Shown: in pieces, positions 13,183 to 25,583 of the stretch
How the letters are laid out: every line of letters begins with the position of its first letter
Position numbering within the stretch: the first letter of the stretch is position 1
Origin: Azolla caroliniana
Lineage: Eukaryota > Plantae > Polypodiophyta
DNA: 64,000 nt
Reading direction: 5' to 3'
Assembly (NCBI GenBank): GCA_043228905.1
Contig: JBHGNT010000015.1
Coordinates: forward strand, 19,654,001-19,718,000
The notes under the pieces: generated by a model
Database searches by the model: none
Seen by the model: the letters and a program-made list of their open reading frames with translations, nothing else
Told to the model about the DNA's origin: nothing
Translations under genes and position numbers: made by a program

Positions 13183-14644
13183 CTCTTCATAATAATGTTT
13201 TTAATATTTTCACAAATCACCTACTGAAAAAAGAGAGGAAAAAACAGTGTAAATATGTTGTCATTAGCAATATAAAAACCTCATCAGAGGCAACTCCTTG
13301 TTGCTACCTGACCTTGGATTTCCTTGAAATGATTATTTGTTACAAATGTCTTTTTTACTTTTTAGCATCATTGCCAAAACGTTTTATACAGGCATCGAAC
13401 AGGGAAAAAATTATTTGGATAAGCGATGCTTTATTAGCCTTTTTTATTTGTAAAATGATGGGGTAGCTTCCATTACTGAGGGTGGTGGGAATCAAACTGA
13501 TGGTGTTTTTTGTATGGATTTTATCATGATTATGCAATGACTTTTGAAGATACTTCTTCACAGAGAATTCTGTGTGGATGATTCTTATATTTGTTGGTAT
13601 ATCCTAATGAATCTTGAGTCATAGGTGAAACCTTGATACATAAATATTATTTTGATTATGTCTTCCTTACAATGACTTGCATAGACATCTGGGAGGGTGG
13701 AACAAATCATCTTTTACTACTGCTTTACTCTCCTAAATGAAGGGTTTGATAAAATATCTTTATGGTTGCACCTATTAATCAACTTCTATCATCGAAATGC
13801 TGAGTAAAACAAACCATTTTGAAAGAATAAACAAATAGATAACATGAAAACATGTGACATTTCACAAAGCTCGAATCATTGTCTATCAGCAATAATTACT
13901 TTATTACTTTTCTTTGTTTCACTAATGTTTGTGTGTGCATTATGGATTTTCATGTTTGTGTTAATACTTAGTGTTAATACACAAAACTAGGGAAAGGATT
14001 TTGGCCAAGAAAAGATAACGGTATGAGAATATTTAGGGAGAAAAATGATAGTCAACTATCACAAAGAGTCAAACAAATCAAAAGAATTAGGAACCAATTT
14101 GCATGCTTAGTTGGACTAGAGTCTAAAATATATGTTGCTTCATTATCATTATTCGACTTGACTAGATGAGAAAAGCCAAAGTCAAGAACCTAGTATGTGT
14201 TGCACATTTCATGACCTAACCCTAACATGATTGAAACTTAGCATGCAACACGTATATCATTATTTCTCAACCTCAACCTTGACATCACTTCAATCCCAAT
14301 CCTATAACTTGGACCCCAACCTCAACTCAATTAGAACCTAGTCCACATCACATAATTGAGTTGACCTGAACCTCATGATCAAACCCCAACCTAGACCACA
14401 CTAAACCTCATTATTAGATTCTGGACCCTAAATAGTCCTTACCCAACCTGGATTTGACTAGAACCCAATATGCATCATATATTCATTATCAGTCTCAACC
14501 ATAAACCCCAAACCCTAAAACCTTGACCCAACCAAACCTCACACATTTCATTATCTAGCCTCAACTCGACAAAAACCTAAAACACATTCCACAGTGAAAA
14601 AAAGTATCACTTTCGAGGATCATTGTATGTATGTTGGGTTGGGT

Positions 14645-14693
<49 letters not shown>

Positions 14694-14780
14694 TGTCACT
14701 AAGTTGGTAAGGTTGCCCAATGGAGACCAGGAGGTCATGGGTTCAACCCCCTACATTCCACAGTGGCATCTAGTGAATAT
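13183..14780. repeat. Copy 2 of the dispersed duplication
   Basis: Colinear with 2535-4445. Confidence 0.9.
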
Positions 14781-15075
14781 TTTTGAAGTATATAATAGAG
14801 AGGTGAGAAAATTGGGTTTCAAACCCAAGGCGTAGTGCTTTGGTAGTATAACAACTTACCAAGAGAGAGAGAGAGAGAGAGCCTAGATGGATGTAGCTTA
14901 GTTAGTAAGGTTGCCCAATGGAGACTAGGAAGTTATGGGTTCAACCCCAACATTCCACAGTGGCATCTAGTGAATTAAAAGAGATATGTATGAAATATGT
15001 AATAGAGAGGTGTGTGAGATAATTGGGTTTCAAACCCAAGACATAGTGCTTTGGTAGTGTAAACAACTTACCAGT
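14688..15075. mobile_element. Two tandem copies of the double tRNA-like element, each preceded by (GA)n
   Basis: ggatgtagcttagttagtaag...gggttcaacccc...acattccac, then ttgggtttcaaacccaa...caacttacca (second tRNA-like half on the opposite strand). Confidence 0.8.
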
Positions 15076-15223
15076 ATGATAGGTAGAGGAGACTAAGAAG
15101 TGTTGTAAGTTGAACTTGTAACTATTGTGGATTTTACATACAATTAATATAATCGTGTGCTTATACCAAAGAAAAAAAGAATGGGTTCAAGTTTCAACTC
15201 CTACATTTCCAGAGTGGGATGTA

Positions 15224-16167
15224 GTGAATTAAGAGAGATATATGTATGTAATGTAGTAAGAAAGAGGGGAGAATAAGAGAGGTCGTGGGTTCAACCCCCT
15301 ACATTCCACAAATTATGTACATATGTAATAATGTATGAATGTAGAGTCTAGACAATGTGAATTAAGAGAGATATACGTATGTAATGTAGTAATAAAGAGG
15401 GGAGAATAAGTGAGGTCGTGGGTTCAAGCCCCTACATTCCACAAATTATATACATATGTAATAATGTATGAATGTAGAGTCTAGACAATGTGAATTAAGA
15501 GAGATATATGTATGTAATGTAGTAATAAAGAGGGGAGAATAAGAGAGGTCGTGGGTTCAACCCCCTACATTCCACAAATTATATACATATGTAATAATGT
15601 ATGAATGTAGAGTCTAGACAATGTGAATTAAGAGAGATATACGTATGTAATGTAGTAATAAAGAGGGGAGAATAAGTGAGGTCGTGGGTTCAACCCCCTA
15701 CATTCCACAAATTATATACATATGTAATAATGTATGTATGTAGAGTCTAGACAGTGTGAATTAAGAGAGATATACGTATGTAATGTAGTAATAAAGAGGG
15801 GAGAATAAGAGAGGTCGTGGGTTCAACCCCCTGCATTCCACAAATTATGTACATATGTAATAATGTATGTATGTATGTAGAGTCTAGACAGTGTGAATTA
15901 AGAGAGATATATGTATGTAATGTAGTAATAAAGAGGGGAGAATAAGTGAGGTCGTGGGTTCAACCCCCTACATTCCACAAATTATGTACATATGTAATAA
16001 TGTATGTATGTATGTAGAGTCTAGACAGTGTGAATTAAGAGAGAGATATGTATGTAATGTAGTAAGAAAGAGGGGAGAATAAGAGAGGTCGTGGGTTCAA
16101 CCCCCTACATTCCACAAATTATGTACATATGTAATAATGTATGTATGTATGTAGAGTCTAGACAGTG
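15224..16167. repeat. Satellite array, 7 x 133-137 bp, each unit carrying gaggtcgtgggttcaaccccctacattccac (B-box half of the tRNA-like element)
   Basis: Unit starts (gtgaattaagagag) at 15224, 15357, 15490, 15623, 15756, 15893, 16030. The last three units are 4 bp longer (extra gtat). Confidence 0.95.
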
Positions 16168-16229
16168 TCACTGTAGTTAGTAGTAAAGAGGTGAGAAAAG
16201 TTGAGTGTGATAGAGACAGAGAGACGTCT

Positions 16230-16512
16230 TTAACTTTGATACTCTGCCTCTCCTTTGAATTGAACCTTTCTTTTTTATATGCTTCTTCAAAAAAAAAGAG
16301 GTTTTTCTGTGCGTGTCTACAGTCTAATTTTGATACTCTGCCTCTCCTTTCAACCTTTCTTTTTTTATATGCTTCTTCAAATAAAGAAGAAGAAGAGGTT
16401 TTTTGTGTGCGTGTCTACAGTCTTAACTTTGATACTCTGCCTCTCCTTTCAACCTTTCTTTTTTTATATGCTTCTTCAAATAAAGAAGAAGAAGAGGTTT
16501 TTTGTGTGCGTG
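16230..16512. repeat. ~94-99 bp tandem repeat x3 immediately 5' of the CHFR ATG
   Basis: gatactctgcctctccttt at 16238, 16332, 16431. Confidence 0.9.
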
Positions 16513-16555
16513 AAGCAGCTCTTGTTCTGAGAGGGAGGGGGAGGGACAGAGAGAG

Positions 16556-19500
16556 ATGAATCTTGAAGAGAACGCGTTTAACGATGGAGACACCATAAGG
16601 GCTGATTCTGATCACGACTCTGAACATCATGCCGATCAAGAAGAGCCCCCAAAGAGGCCATGGGCTTGCTTAGGTAAATCGGGTCGATAAATTATGCATG
16701 AGAGACAGACAGGGCATATATTATTGTCTTTTAAGAGGCCACAAATTGCTTATATGACCAAACCAGAGATTACATCTTCAAATGTTGTCTCATCATTGAA
16801 AAACACAACAAACCAAAATAAATTCTTGATATCCATTCATGTAAGATTTTTCAAATCAGATATATTGTAATATTTTTCTTCGAAAGATTTCTAGCATTGG
16901 AATTGAGAGGTCTCTAAAATGAGGGAAGCACTGCAATGGTGGAAAATATGGCCTTTCTCTATGATGACAAGGGGGATGAGATTGTGATCCAGGAGGTTCA
17001 GGCCTATGTGCATGACAAATTGCTATTGCCTGATCTATTATAACCCTTTGCAATGTCCTTGTCGGGAACCCATTTGTGTATCCCTTGATTGACTTGTAGC
17101 ATGAGTAGGAGTAATGGGGCTAAATAAAGATGTGATTGTTCTTTGTTGATTAAAGAAAAGTAAGAAAGATTAGCCTCTACTAGTGGCCAAAATCAGCCTA
17201 TGAGACAAATCATGATTACAGGAATCATTTGAGACATGATTTCTGCGTCTGATATAAGCTCATGTGAAAACAAAATAGCAATCCTAGAGATGGGAAACAA
17301 GCATTCAAGTTAGAAAACACGCATTTGATCATGATGCATGGAATACTAGAGAGTAAAGTGAGATGGTGATGTTGTTGTTGAGGATACTGATGATGATCCT
17401 GAATGACCCATGGGGCTTCCAAGTTGTAAAAATTACTCTACCCACAACAAATGAAGAGAAAACTAGGAAGCTAGTTACAGAAATGAAATAATAACTAAAA
17501 AAGTGCACTACCTAATAGTAATCAGGCATCCGAATTTACCACGTGTAAGGGTAAGATATTTGCTCTTGAAACTCTTAATGACCATGTAGTGAAAGATTCC
17601 CCACAACTGTGGTTGAAGGGACTATCATTTCTCTTGTAGCAGGAGTTGTTCTTGCAATGAGACGCGCTCAAGTAGTAATTCATGAGAAACCTCTCTAATT
17701 TTAGCATGGGCTGGGTACCCATTTCTATTCTCAGCAGCTGGGAACCTGTAATGCATCAGCTTCACGCTCCTGAGCTTAGTGGTATGGGCCTCTGATATTG
17801 AGGTTACGTGATGGCAGTAGCATTGCTCTAGTGTATTGTTTCTTTGATTTGTACATCGTATAACTCTTCTACATTCCACCATGCAAATCATTTTTGAATG
17901 TCAAGAAACCAACCTCAAGAAAGAAGCTTTCTTTTGTAGTTTTATCTCCTATTTCCCTTGCTACCCCAGATACGCAGTGTTGAGGCATGGTCTCCCAAGT
18001 CACCAAATGCAGCTATTCATTCATGTGTTTGAGGGTGTGTAACTCTCTTGGTATCCTTCATGTCTCTAGGAGTATAACTGAGAATGGGTTTGTGTTTCTT
18101 TATTTTAAGATTCCTGGATAACAGCTTTTTCTATATTTTCTTCATCTCATTCCAAGAGTTGCCGGGAATACTTCCCCAATACCTTGTTTTCATATAAAAG
18201 GTTTTGCACTGCACAAGCGCCAAAAACTATGTCTCTGATATGCTATCCATCTTTGTGTTGCACTGTTGTTGCACAATCTCGCGACTGCAATATATTAAGC
18301 CTTACCTCCTTGCTTCAATTCCCCGAATCAAGGTTTTGCTATGCTAATGGAGTGTAGACTGATTATCAGGTTTATTGATGCTGATGATCATTATTTGTTC
18401 CTGGCCACATTTCTCAGAAAAAAACATGCATTGCACTCAGAAACTTCTGTAATGACTAAACAAACAATACAGCATCATCGGCATAAATTAATAAGTCGAT
18501 ATATTTTATTCATGTCCCCCAAGTGCCTTTATTATCTTCTCCACCTAATCAATGCATAAGCCAAAGAGAATAGGAGAAAGTGGGGAATCTTGTTTGCAGC
18601 CACATTGCTCATGAACTCCTTGTAGAACCCCTTATTGGTTTTTGCTCATGGATTCCCTGTAGAATATAATGACAGGAACGAAGTAGGAGAAGCAGTTCAA
18701 GCATAACAAATAGGACTGCAAGGGAAGCACCTTCAATGTTTGGCCTTGATTTTCAGTAACAAGGGTCACAGGGTTGTGGTTCAGTTGGATGTGGCATAGG
18801 ACTGCAAGGGAGGACCTTCAATGTTAGATGATATTTGGCCTTGATTTTCGATAACAAGGGTCACGGGGTTCTGGGTCACAGGGTTGTGGTTCAGTTGGAT
18901 GTGGCATAGGACTGCAAGGGAGCACCTTCAATGTTAGATGATATTTGGCCTTGATTTTTGATAACAAGGGTCACGGGGTTCTGGTTCATATCAAATTGCT
19001 ATTGCCTGATCTGTTGTACTTGTTTCTTAGCTATCCCCTCTTATTGTTACTCCTTTGTTTTTCTATTTTTATTTCTTCTTTGATTAGGTTGGCAAAACCT
19101 TTCTTTATTTCAAGTTTCATATTGTCAAAGTTGATCATCTTCTTTGACCAGGGCACCTCTTCTTTAATTGATGTCCACCCAACTTCTTTTCAAGTTGAGG
19201 GTAATGTTCTCCCTTTTTGTTGTAAGAGATGTTCATCATCATTGCTTCATATTCCACTTACATATATTTGTCAGCTTCTTTGAGGATGGAGTCTTAACAT
19301 TGGAATGCATTAATGGTTGTAATTGACCATTTGTGTAAGTATTATAGACCATGGGAGTGGGTGGCAAAATGGCTTGTTCAGATTGCTGACGAACAAGTGC
19401 ATGAGGTGACTGCAAAAAGCAATGTTGATGATAAATAAACATCCATGTGGGGCAGGGACCAGCAATTGTTAGGAAGGACAGCGCCCTGCTGTGTGGGTGG

Positions 19501-22500
19501 GCCTTTCAAATTTGTAGAATAAAAAGAAAATGTGAAAGCATTGCTTAATTTCACGGTTTTTATTTTCAATGTCTTTGGTCCTGTGATCATGTAGACAAGC
19601 AAAGAGCAAGCTGCATGCCTAGTATCACCAGAAACCTTTCTGCCCTCAGTAGAGCTTCTTGGAAGCTCTTACAATCTTGTACAAATTCCTGAAAATCATG
19701 CTCAAGGCATTCTAAAATGACACCTTCTGGTTGTGGTATGTTGAGAGAGTGTAGTTTACGTATACTCTTTTTCTGCTCAATACTAAGGTAAACCCCAGTC
19801 TCTATTTTCAATGTGGTTCTGTGTAATGGCATGCCTCTCCCTCTCTCACATGGGTACCCTGATGTAGCTTGGGTATTGGCCTGCCATCCTCAAGTTATTT
19901 TCCCATAAATTGTAACATACAAAAGTGCATGTTCTAGATTCTAGGTATCATTTGTTAAATCAAAGTATTGAAAAATAAAACATGATTTGCATTTGATATC
20001 TCAACTCACAAGAAAAATCTAAATAACGCTGAAATGGAGAGTACATCATAAGGTAAAATTTATGAAAAGCTTTCACTCGTGAAAGACATAAAAGATGATG
20101 TGTTATAATTCATGGTAATGGTCATTTAATAGCATATCCCAAGAGTGCCTTTATTGATGTCATTCAAAAGTCATCTGAAAAACGTTTTCAACCACAAAAT
20201 GAATAATATTCAATGTTAATTTTGCAGTTGCAATTGAAAGATCAAATCCAGACATAGTACTCTGGGAGGATGATACCATTGTTGGTCGAGGAGATGTGAA
20301 TGGGAACACGAGGGTTAGCAAGTTCCATTGCAGGATTTTCAAGAACTCATCTGGAAATATATTTGTCAACAATTTTGGGTTAGTACTTTGCTTGGTTCTT
20401 CTAACCAAGTTGAAGATTGAACTCATCACTTTCATATTTATATCATTATTTCAACAGATTGTTGAATGTCTATCATTCTTAATTTAAGTACCCAGAGTGT
20501 GTGATTCATGCACATGTGCATTTGTGGTCAGTTCCTTGGAAATTGTATATGTTGGAACTTTGAAAGAAAGATCTTAGAGGAAAAGGTCATTCATGTACCA
20601 TATATTGAGAATTGATTTATTGTTTCCAAAGGAATTCTTGAAGAGAAATTACATGCATCTATTACTTTTGTACTGTAGAGGTAATATAAGAACTGTGTTA
20701 CACAAGCCAAAAGATAAAAATAGATTATATTATAATTTCATGCTAGTAGAAGCATAGCTGGTTGATCGACATATCACTGTTTTATACACACATCTAGTCT
20801 TATTTATTTTTCTGGGCCATTTAGTCTACTTTCATTTGTTGCAGAGAAAGTTGGCTTTGCCGCGCCCATCTAGAAAATAGTTATTAGATAAAGCATCATT
20901 TTGGGATCCCCATGTGTTTCTAGATCCTGTGCAAAAAGCATTATAAGAATGCTCTTTAATTCAGATTGCAGATAGATAATTATTAATGCAGCTAAAGTAT
21001 GGAACCATAATTGTATATTAATTAATATAATACTTTCTGTCTATTTCATGTGGGAATCTGATTTCACGTGCAGTAAAAATGGAATCCTTATCAATGGTTC
21101 ATGCCTCGAGAATGCGGACAGCAGATCTTTAAAAAATGGCGACAAGATTTCCTTAGGACTTCTTCCTGGTAATGTTTACTCCTAATATATCTGATTTGAT
21201 AACTTTGGGGCCTTTTTTTTCATTTATGTGTGGTAACTTGTTTGTAGGCTTACCTCAGTACATCTTCCATATACGTGATAATCGACAGAATGTCTTAAAA
21301 AATGGTACTGTTAATGGGAGAAGAACAAATGAGGTAAATGGAAATTCTCACAATGTACAACTATTGCCTTTGCCTTTGCAATGATGAAATGAATGACATT
21401 TTTCTTGTAGTGCATGGATATAATTACAGAATCCAAAGATGTGAAACACTTGAACATGTGATATAACCTTACATTTGTTTTGGCTCAGAAAAATGAAGTT
21501 TAATGGTTTTCCCTTAATGTAACAGCTTTCAAAAGTCAAGGATGACTTCAAATGCTGCATATGTCTCAGCCTCTTGCATGATGTTGTTACTGTAGCGCCT
21601 TGCCTTCACAATTTTTGGTGAGCTTAATGTTCTCATGTGACTTTGGTTGGTTTTTACACTGTTTTGTTACTTTGTGACTAAACAACTTTTTAATGTGTTT
21701 AACTATATGCAGTAATGGTTGCTTCTCTGCATGCTATAAAAACAACAGAACGCCTAGGTTCAAATGTCCTCAATGTCGACAACCAATAGTCTTTGCGAAG
21801 AGAAACCACACCTTGTGTAACATAATTCAGGTACACAACACATGCAAATGCTCAATTAGCATTGTATCCTTTTACTGCAAGAACTGTTTGCAGTCTAAAG
21901 TTGCATTGTTTCATTGTGGCGTCATATCTCTGAGGATTGGAATTGCCACAAGTTTGTAAGATACGAAAATGTTCCTCATTAGATTTTCCTTTTAATCTCG
22001 TGGATCCAATCTTATCAAATCAGCTAATAGTTCTTCACTGAATGTGCTATAAAGATAGGTATGATTCAAGATGAAATCCTTTTCCACCAAAAAATTAAAA
22101 ATTCTATGTAGATGCCAAATGCCAAGTCAAATTTTGAAGGAAATTCTTCAGTTTGTAATTGGTTTGCAAATTCATCTTCTTCATGGGAAATAATAACGTG
22201 TTCAATTCAAAAACTTTGCTACTCTTCATGATTCATAAACTTTGTTATTGATGTTATCTCATTGCTATCATTATTATTATTTTTGTCGATAATTTAGTGT
22301 TTTGTGCCATGAGGTTTGTGGTTTGTGGTATGTTTCAGGGTTATCTGGAGAAATATCCCACGTTGAAAAGGCCTGCTGAAGAGATTACACATCTGGACCA
22401 GATTTCAATTGTGGGCAGTAACTTCGTACGTGTTCTGAATTGACTAAATACAATCCTAAATTTTTGCATTCATTTCATTGTGTAGAAGGCATTCTAACAG

Positions 22501-23794
22501 CTACCATAATATATAGGTCAAGGTAGGAACATATGATGATGACTCAGCACGTGATGATGATCTCTATCAATATTGTCCACAATGTCTGAGATCAAATGGT
22601 GCAACGTTTATCCATTTATTTCTACTAAAATTAGAAATGCCGTTCCCATTGTCGGTTACACAATCTTTGTGGAAATGTTTTTAATGGATAGAAGAGTTCC
22701 TTGATTAGCTGACCCCAACCAATGAATTGCAGTCACAGATGGTGCTTTTCGCTGTAGAGTGGGAACTCACCATATTCAATGTAGTACATGCGATATGTTG
22801 ATGCCAGATAGATCGGACATAGATGTTCCTCAAAAATGTATTTCTCTCATTTCACCTTTTTTTCTTTGTCTTCTAATTTGGGGAGAATCTGTTCTGGAAC
22901 CTGGAGCTTTGTAGGTGCTGGATGCTGCAGAGCCTTTTGTGGATTGTATTGGAATTCCCAAAGTATTATAAGAAGTTTCAATTCTTCATGTATAATGAAA
23001 AAGGTGCCCTGCAGGTCGCTTTGTTATCTTTCCTTTTTCACCCTTTTGAACTCTCATATTATCTGTTGAATATTTCAGATGGATGAACAAATTATAATAG
23101 ATTTTCCGATGGGGGCATTTCAGGGCAATGCATATGAGCAGGATGTGAGCTGTCAATGTACTCTCTGTTAAGGTTTATAACTCTTTAATTGAAAGATAAA
23201 GTTTTCTTGCTTTCTTTATTTTACAGGTTACAAAACGCTATTTAGAAGAGTATGGAATTAGTATTCATGATATTGTGCAAGCAGACTTTGGCAAGATGTG
23301 TATGGGTGTAATTGGTAGGGAGAGCTACTTTCATTGACGTCGAACAAGTTGGGAATTCTGACTTTATATCCATGCAGGAAAACCGGAGTCTCTTGGTGGA
23401 TTATTTACTACAGAGTCCTACTTCTGCGAGTAATTCTCAAAACGGATGCTATTTTAACCCTACAATATTTTAACATTTTATGAAATTGATTTAGCAATAT
23501 TTTGCAGGCACTGTATAGAAATCATCATTGCCCACCTTTTATATGAATTCCGACTGTCTATCCCACGGAAAGTGAGTTAAAGCTGAATTTGGTATTCTCA
23601 ACCAATGACTGATTCATAACTCATTATTAATTCTTGTTTTTTTGGTTTCTAACTTCATGTAGGAGCTCCCCCCAGATGCAGCTGGAAGGGAAAATTGTTG
23701 GTATGGGAGACTGTGCAGAACACAACGACATAACACTTTACATACACAGAAGTACAACCATGCTTGCGAACCGCGTCCTAGAGATGATCATTAA
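16556..23794 (+). CDS. CHFR: CHFR-like E3 ubiquitin ligase (FHA - RING - Cys-rich - PBZ), 14 exons
   Basis: Exons 16556-16673, 20228-20378, 21074-21168, 21248-21333, 21526-21617, 21713-21830, 22339-22425, 22517-22598, 22733-22837, 22915-23003, 23079-23144, 23227-23314, 23378-23429, 23508-23571 and terminal 23663-23794 (14 plus terminal). They give WACL/IVGRGD..VSKFHCRI..KNG (FHA), CCICLSLLHDVVTVAPCLHNFCNGC..CPQCR (RING) and RENCWYGRLCRTQ..KYNHAC (PBZ). Exon 1 is the least certain link. Confidence 0.9.
17520..19880 (-). mobile_element. Decayed RTE-type LINE fragments inside CHFR intron 1
   Basis: Minus strand GCKQDSPLSPILFGLCID (~18600), LLIYADD (~18480), TGSQLLRIEMG (~17730) and a second LKIETG tail (~19800); many stops. 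Confidence 0.7.
18711..18990. repeat. ~86-110 bp tandem repeat x3
   Basis: aggactgcaaggga..accttcaatgtt..ggccttgatttt..taacaagggtcac recurs three times. Confidence 0.85.
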
Positions 23795-24728
23795 CTGAAA
23801 ATTCATGCATGTGTCACCATTATCTGTCTTCAGGAGAGAAAAGTTGAAAATGGATGTTCTTGTATAGTACAATCTTTTTTTGTTTTTGTAAGCCAACAGC
23901 TGCTAGCCATAGCTAGCTATATTGAGGAGCATAAGGGCTGTTTTAATGTCTTTAATTTATACACACCTTCTATCGCTGGTCATTGGTTTGGTTTGTATAT
24001 TTTTATGATTTAAGATTTTCAAAACTTTTTTGAAAATAAGTATGTTTATCGATGCTGCATAGATTGCTCTTAATGCTTTCGACATTTCAAAAACTTATTA
24101 AAATCAATAATGAAATATTTTGAGATTTACATAACCTACCAATGGCATAGACTTGAGATTTATATCTTTAGACACTACCGAAAGAAATTTTTAAAATAGA
24201 TCAATGTATCATGATGAACTCCCTATTCATTATTTTCTCTTGATTCTTTGCTTGCTTGCCAAGAGAAACCATACTGCTTGCGAAGAAACATCATGTGTTC
24301 TTTGTTTTTCATGTTAAGGTAACAAACATGGATTTCTTGCCACTTGTTTTTTTTTCAAACAGGAGATATGCTAGACAGTCTTCAGCTAGTAAGCACATAG
24401 CTGAAGACCAACTTTTTTCTCTGTTAACAAAACCATTAATGTTACTTTTTTACTCACAGTAATAATTTTAGATGCTTTTGCAACACACAGGTCTGTTTCT
24501 CTCCAGTTCCTCTTCCTTTCCTTTCTGAGTTGTGAAAACAAACTGATCAAATTCTGAAATTAGTTATCAGAGATACTTTTGGTGCTCTAAATATATATAG
24601 TTATATATATATTGATTTTTTTATTAAACCAAACAAAACTCCGGTATCATTAAATGCTCCTTGCAACGCTGAAGCCAAGTAGGTATCACAACAGACAGAC
24701 AAGGAAGCAATACCCATTGTGTCAAACA

Positions 24729-24762
<34 letters not shown>

Positions 24763-25583
24763 CGAAACTCTGGAACCATAAAATGTTCCTTCCAATGCTG
24801 AAGCCAACTAGCCAGCATGATAGACTGGGAAGCAATACCTGTCATGCCAAACTTGTCTTTCTCATTTGTCCCTTGTGATACTCAGTCCTGCTTTATTGGT
24901 TGTTCACAGGAACTCCAGTTTATGCTGTATCGGTCTACAACCCTGCTATAAGCTCTTGGTATTTATGGCATAACTATCTTGCTCATGAGATATAATTTTG
25001 GTTTTCTTAAAATTCATGTGGCATTATTGGTCGCAACAGAGTCTCTAGAGTATTTCCTCGTGTCATGTGAACGGCAAAAGAATGTAACGTCACAACTAAT
25101 GACCTAATAATCAACAAAAAAAGAGCATTTCTTATCCCATTCATTTTGCTGGTCATGGATGCTGAAGACTACACTCAGAAATATGCAATTCTTCTATAAT
25201 TTTGGCATGCACAATATCATGCAATAGCTGTTCAATTTATGACATCATTGTTATCCTCCAAATGTACATTTCTTTTTAAATATGCAACTTTGACATTCGT
25301 ATACCTGCCAATTGCTAATGTCTAGCCTTCAATGCATATTTAGTCCATCAACAATATATCCTTGCATATTCCAATGCAAATTTCTTTGGGCTCTAGTCAC
25401 ATCCTCCAAATGATAGTCTCTTGGCTTCAATGCATACTTCGTCCATGAATAAATCCTTGCATATTCCACAGCATATTTCTATGGATATGTGTCAGCTGAT
25501 AACACATCCTTGAATATTCCGATGCAAATTTGTATAAACATTAGTACACCGGCAACATATCTTTGTATATTCAAATGCATAAA

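Noticed and set aside
14688-14762. Functional tRNA gene
   Set aside because: A- and B-box-like motifs are present, but the D-stem, anticodon arm and acceptor stem pair poorly, and copies are divergent and microsatellite-associated. It is treated as a tRNA-derived repeat.
15224-16167. CRISPR-like array
   Set aside because: Whole units repeat with no unique spacers; eukaryotic context; no cas genes.
16191-16559. 122-aa and 83-aa ORFs with internal repeats
   Set aside because: Products of translating the ~96-bp tandem repeat; no recognisable domain.
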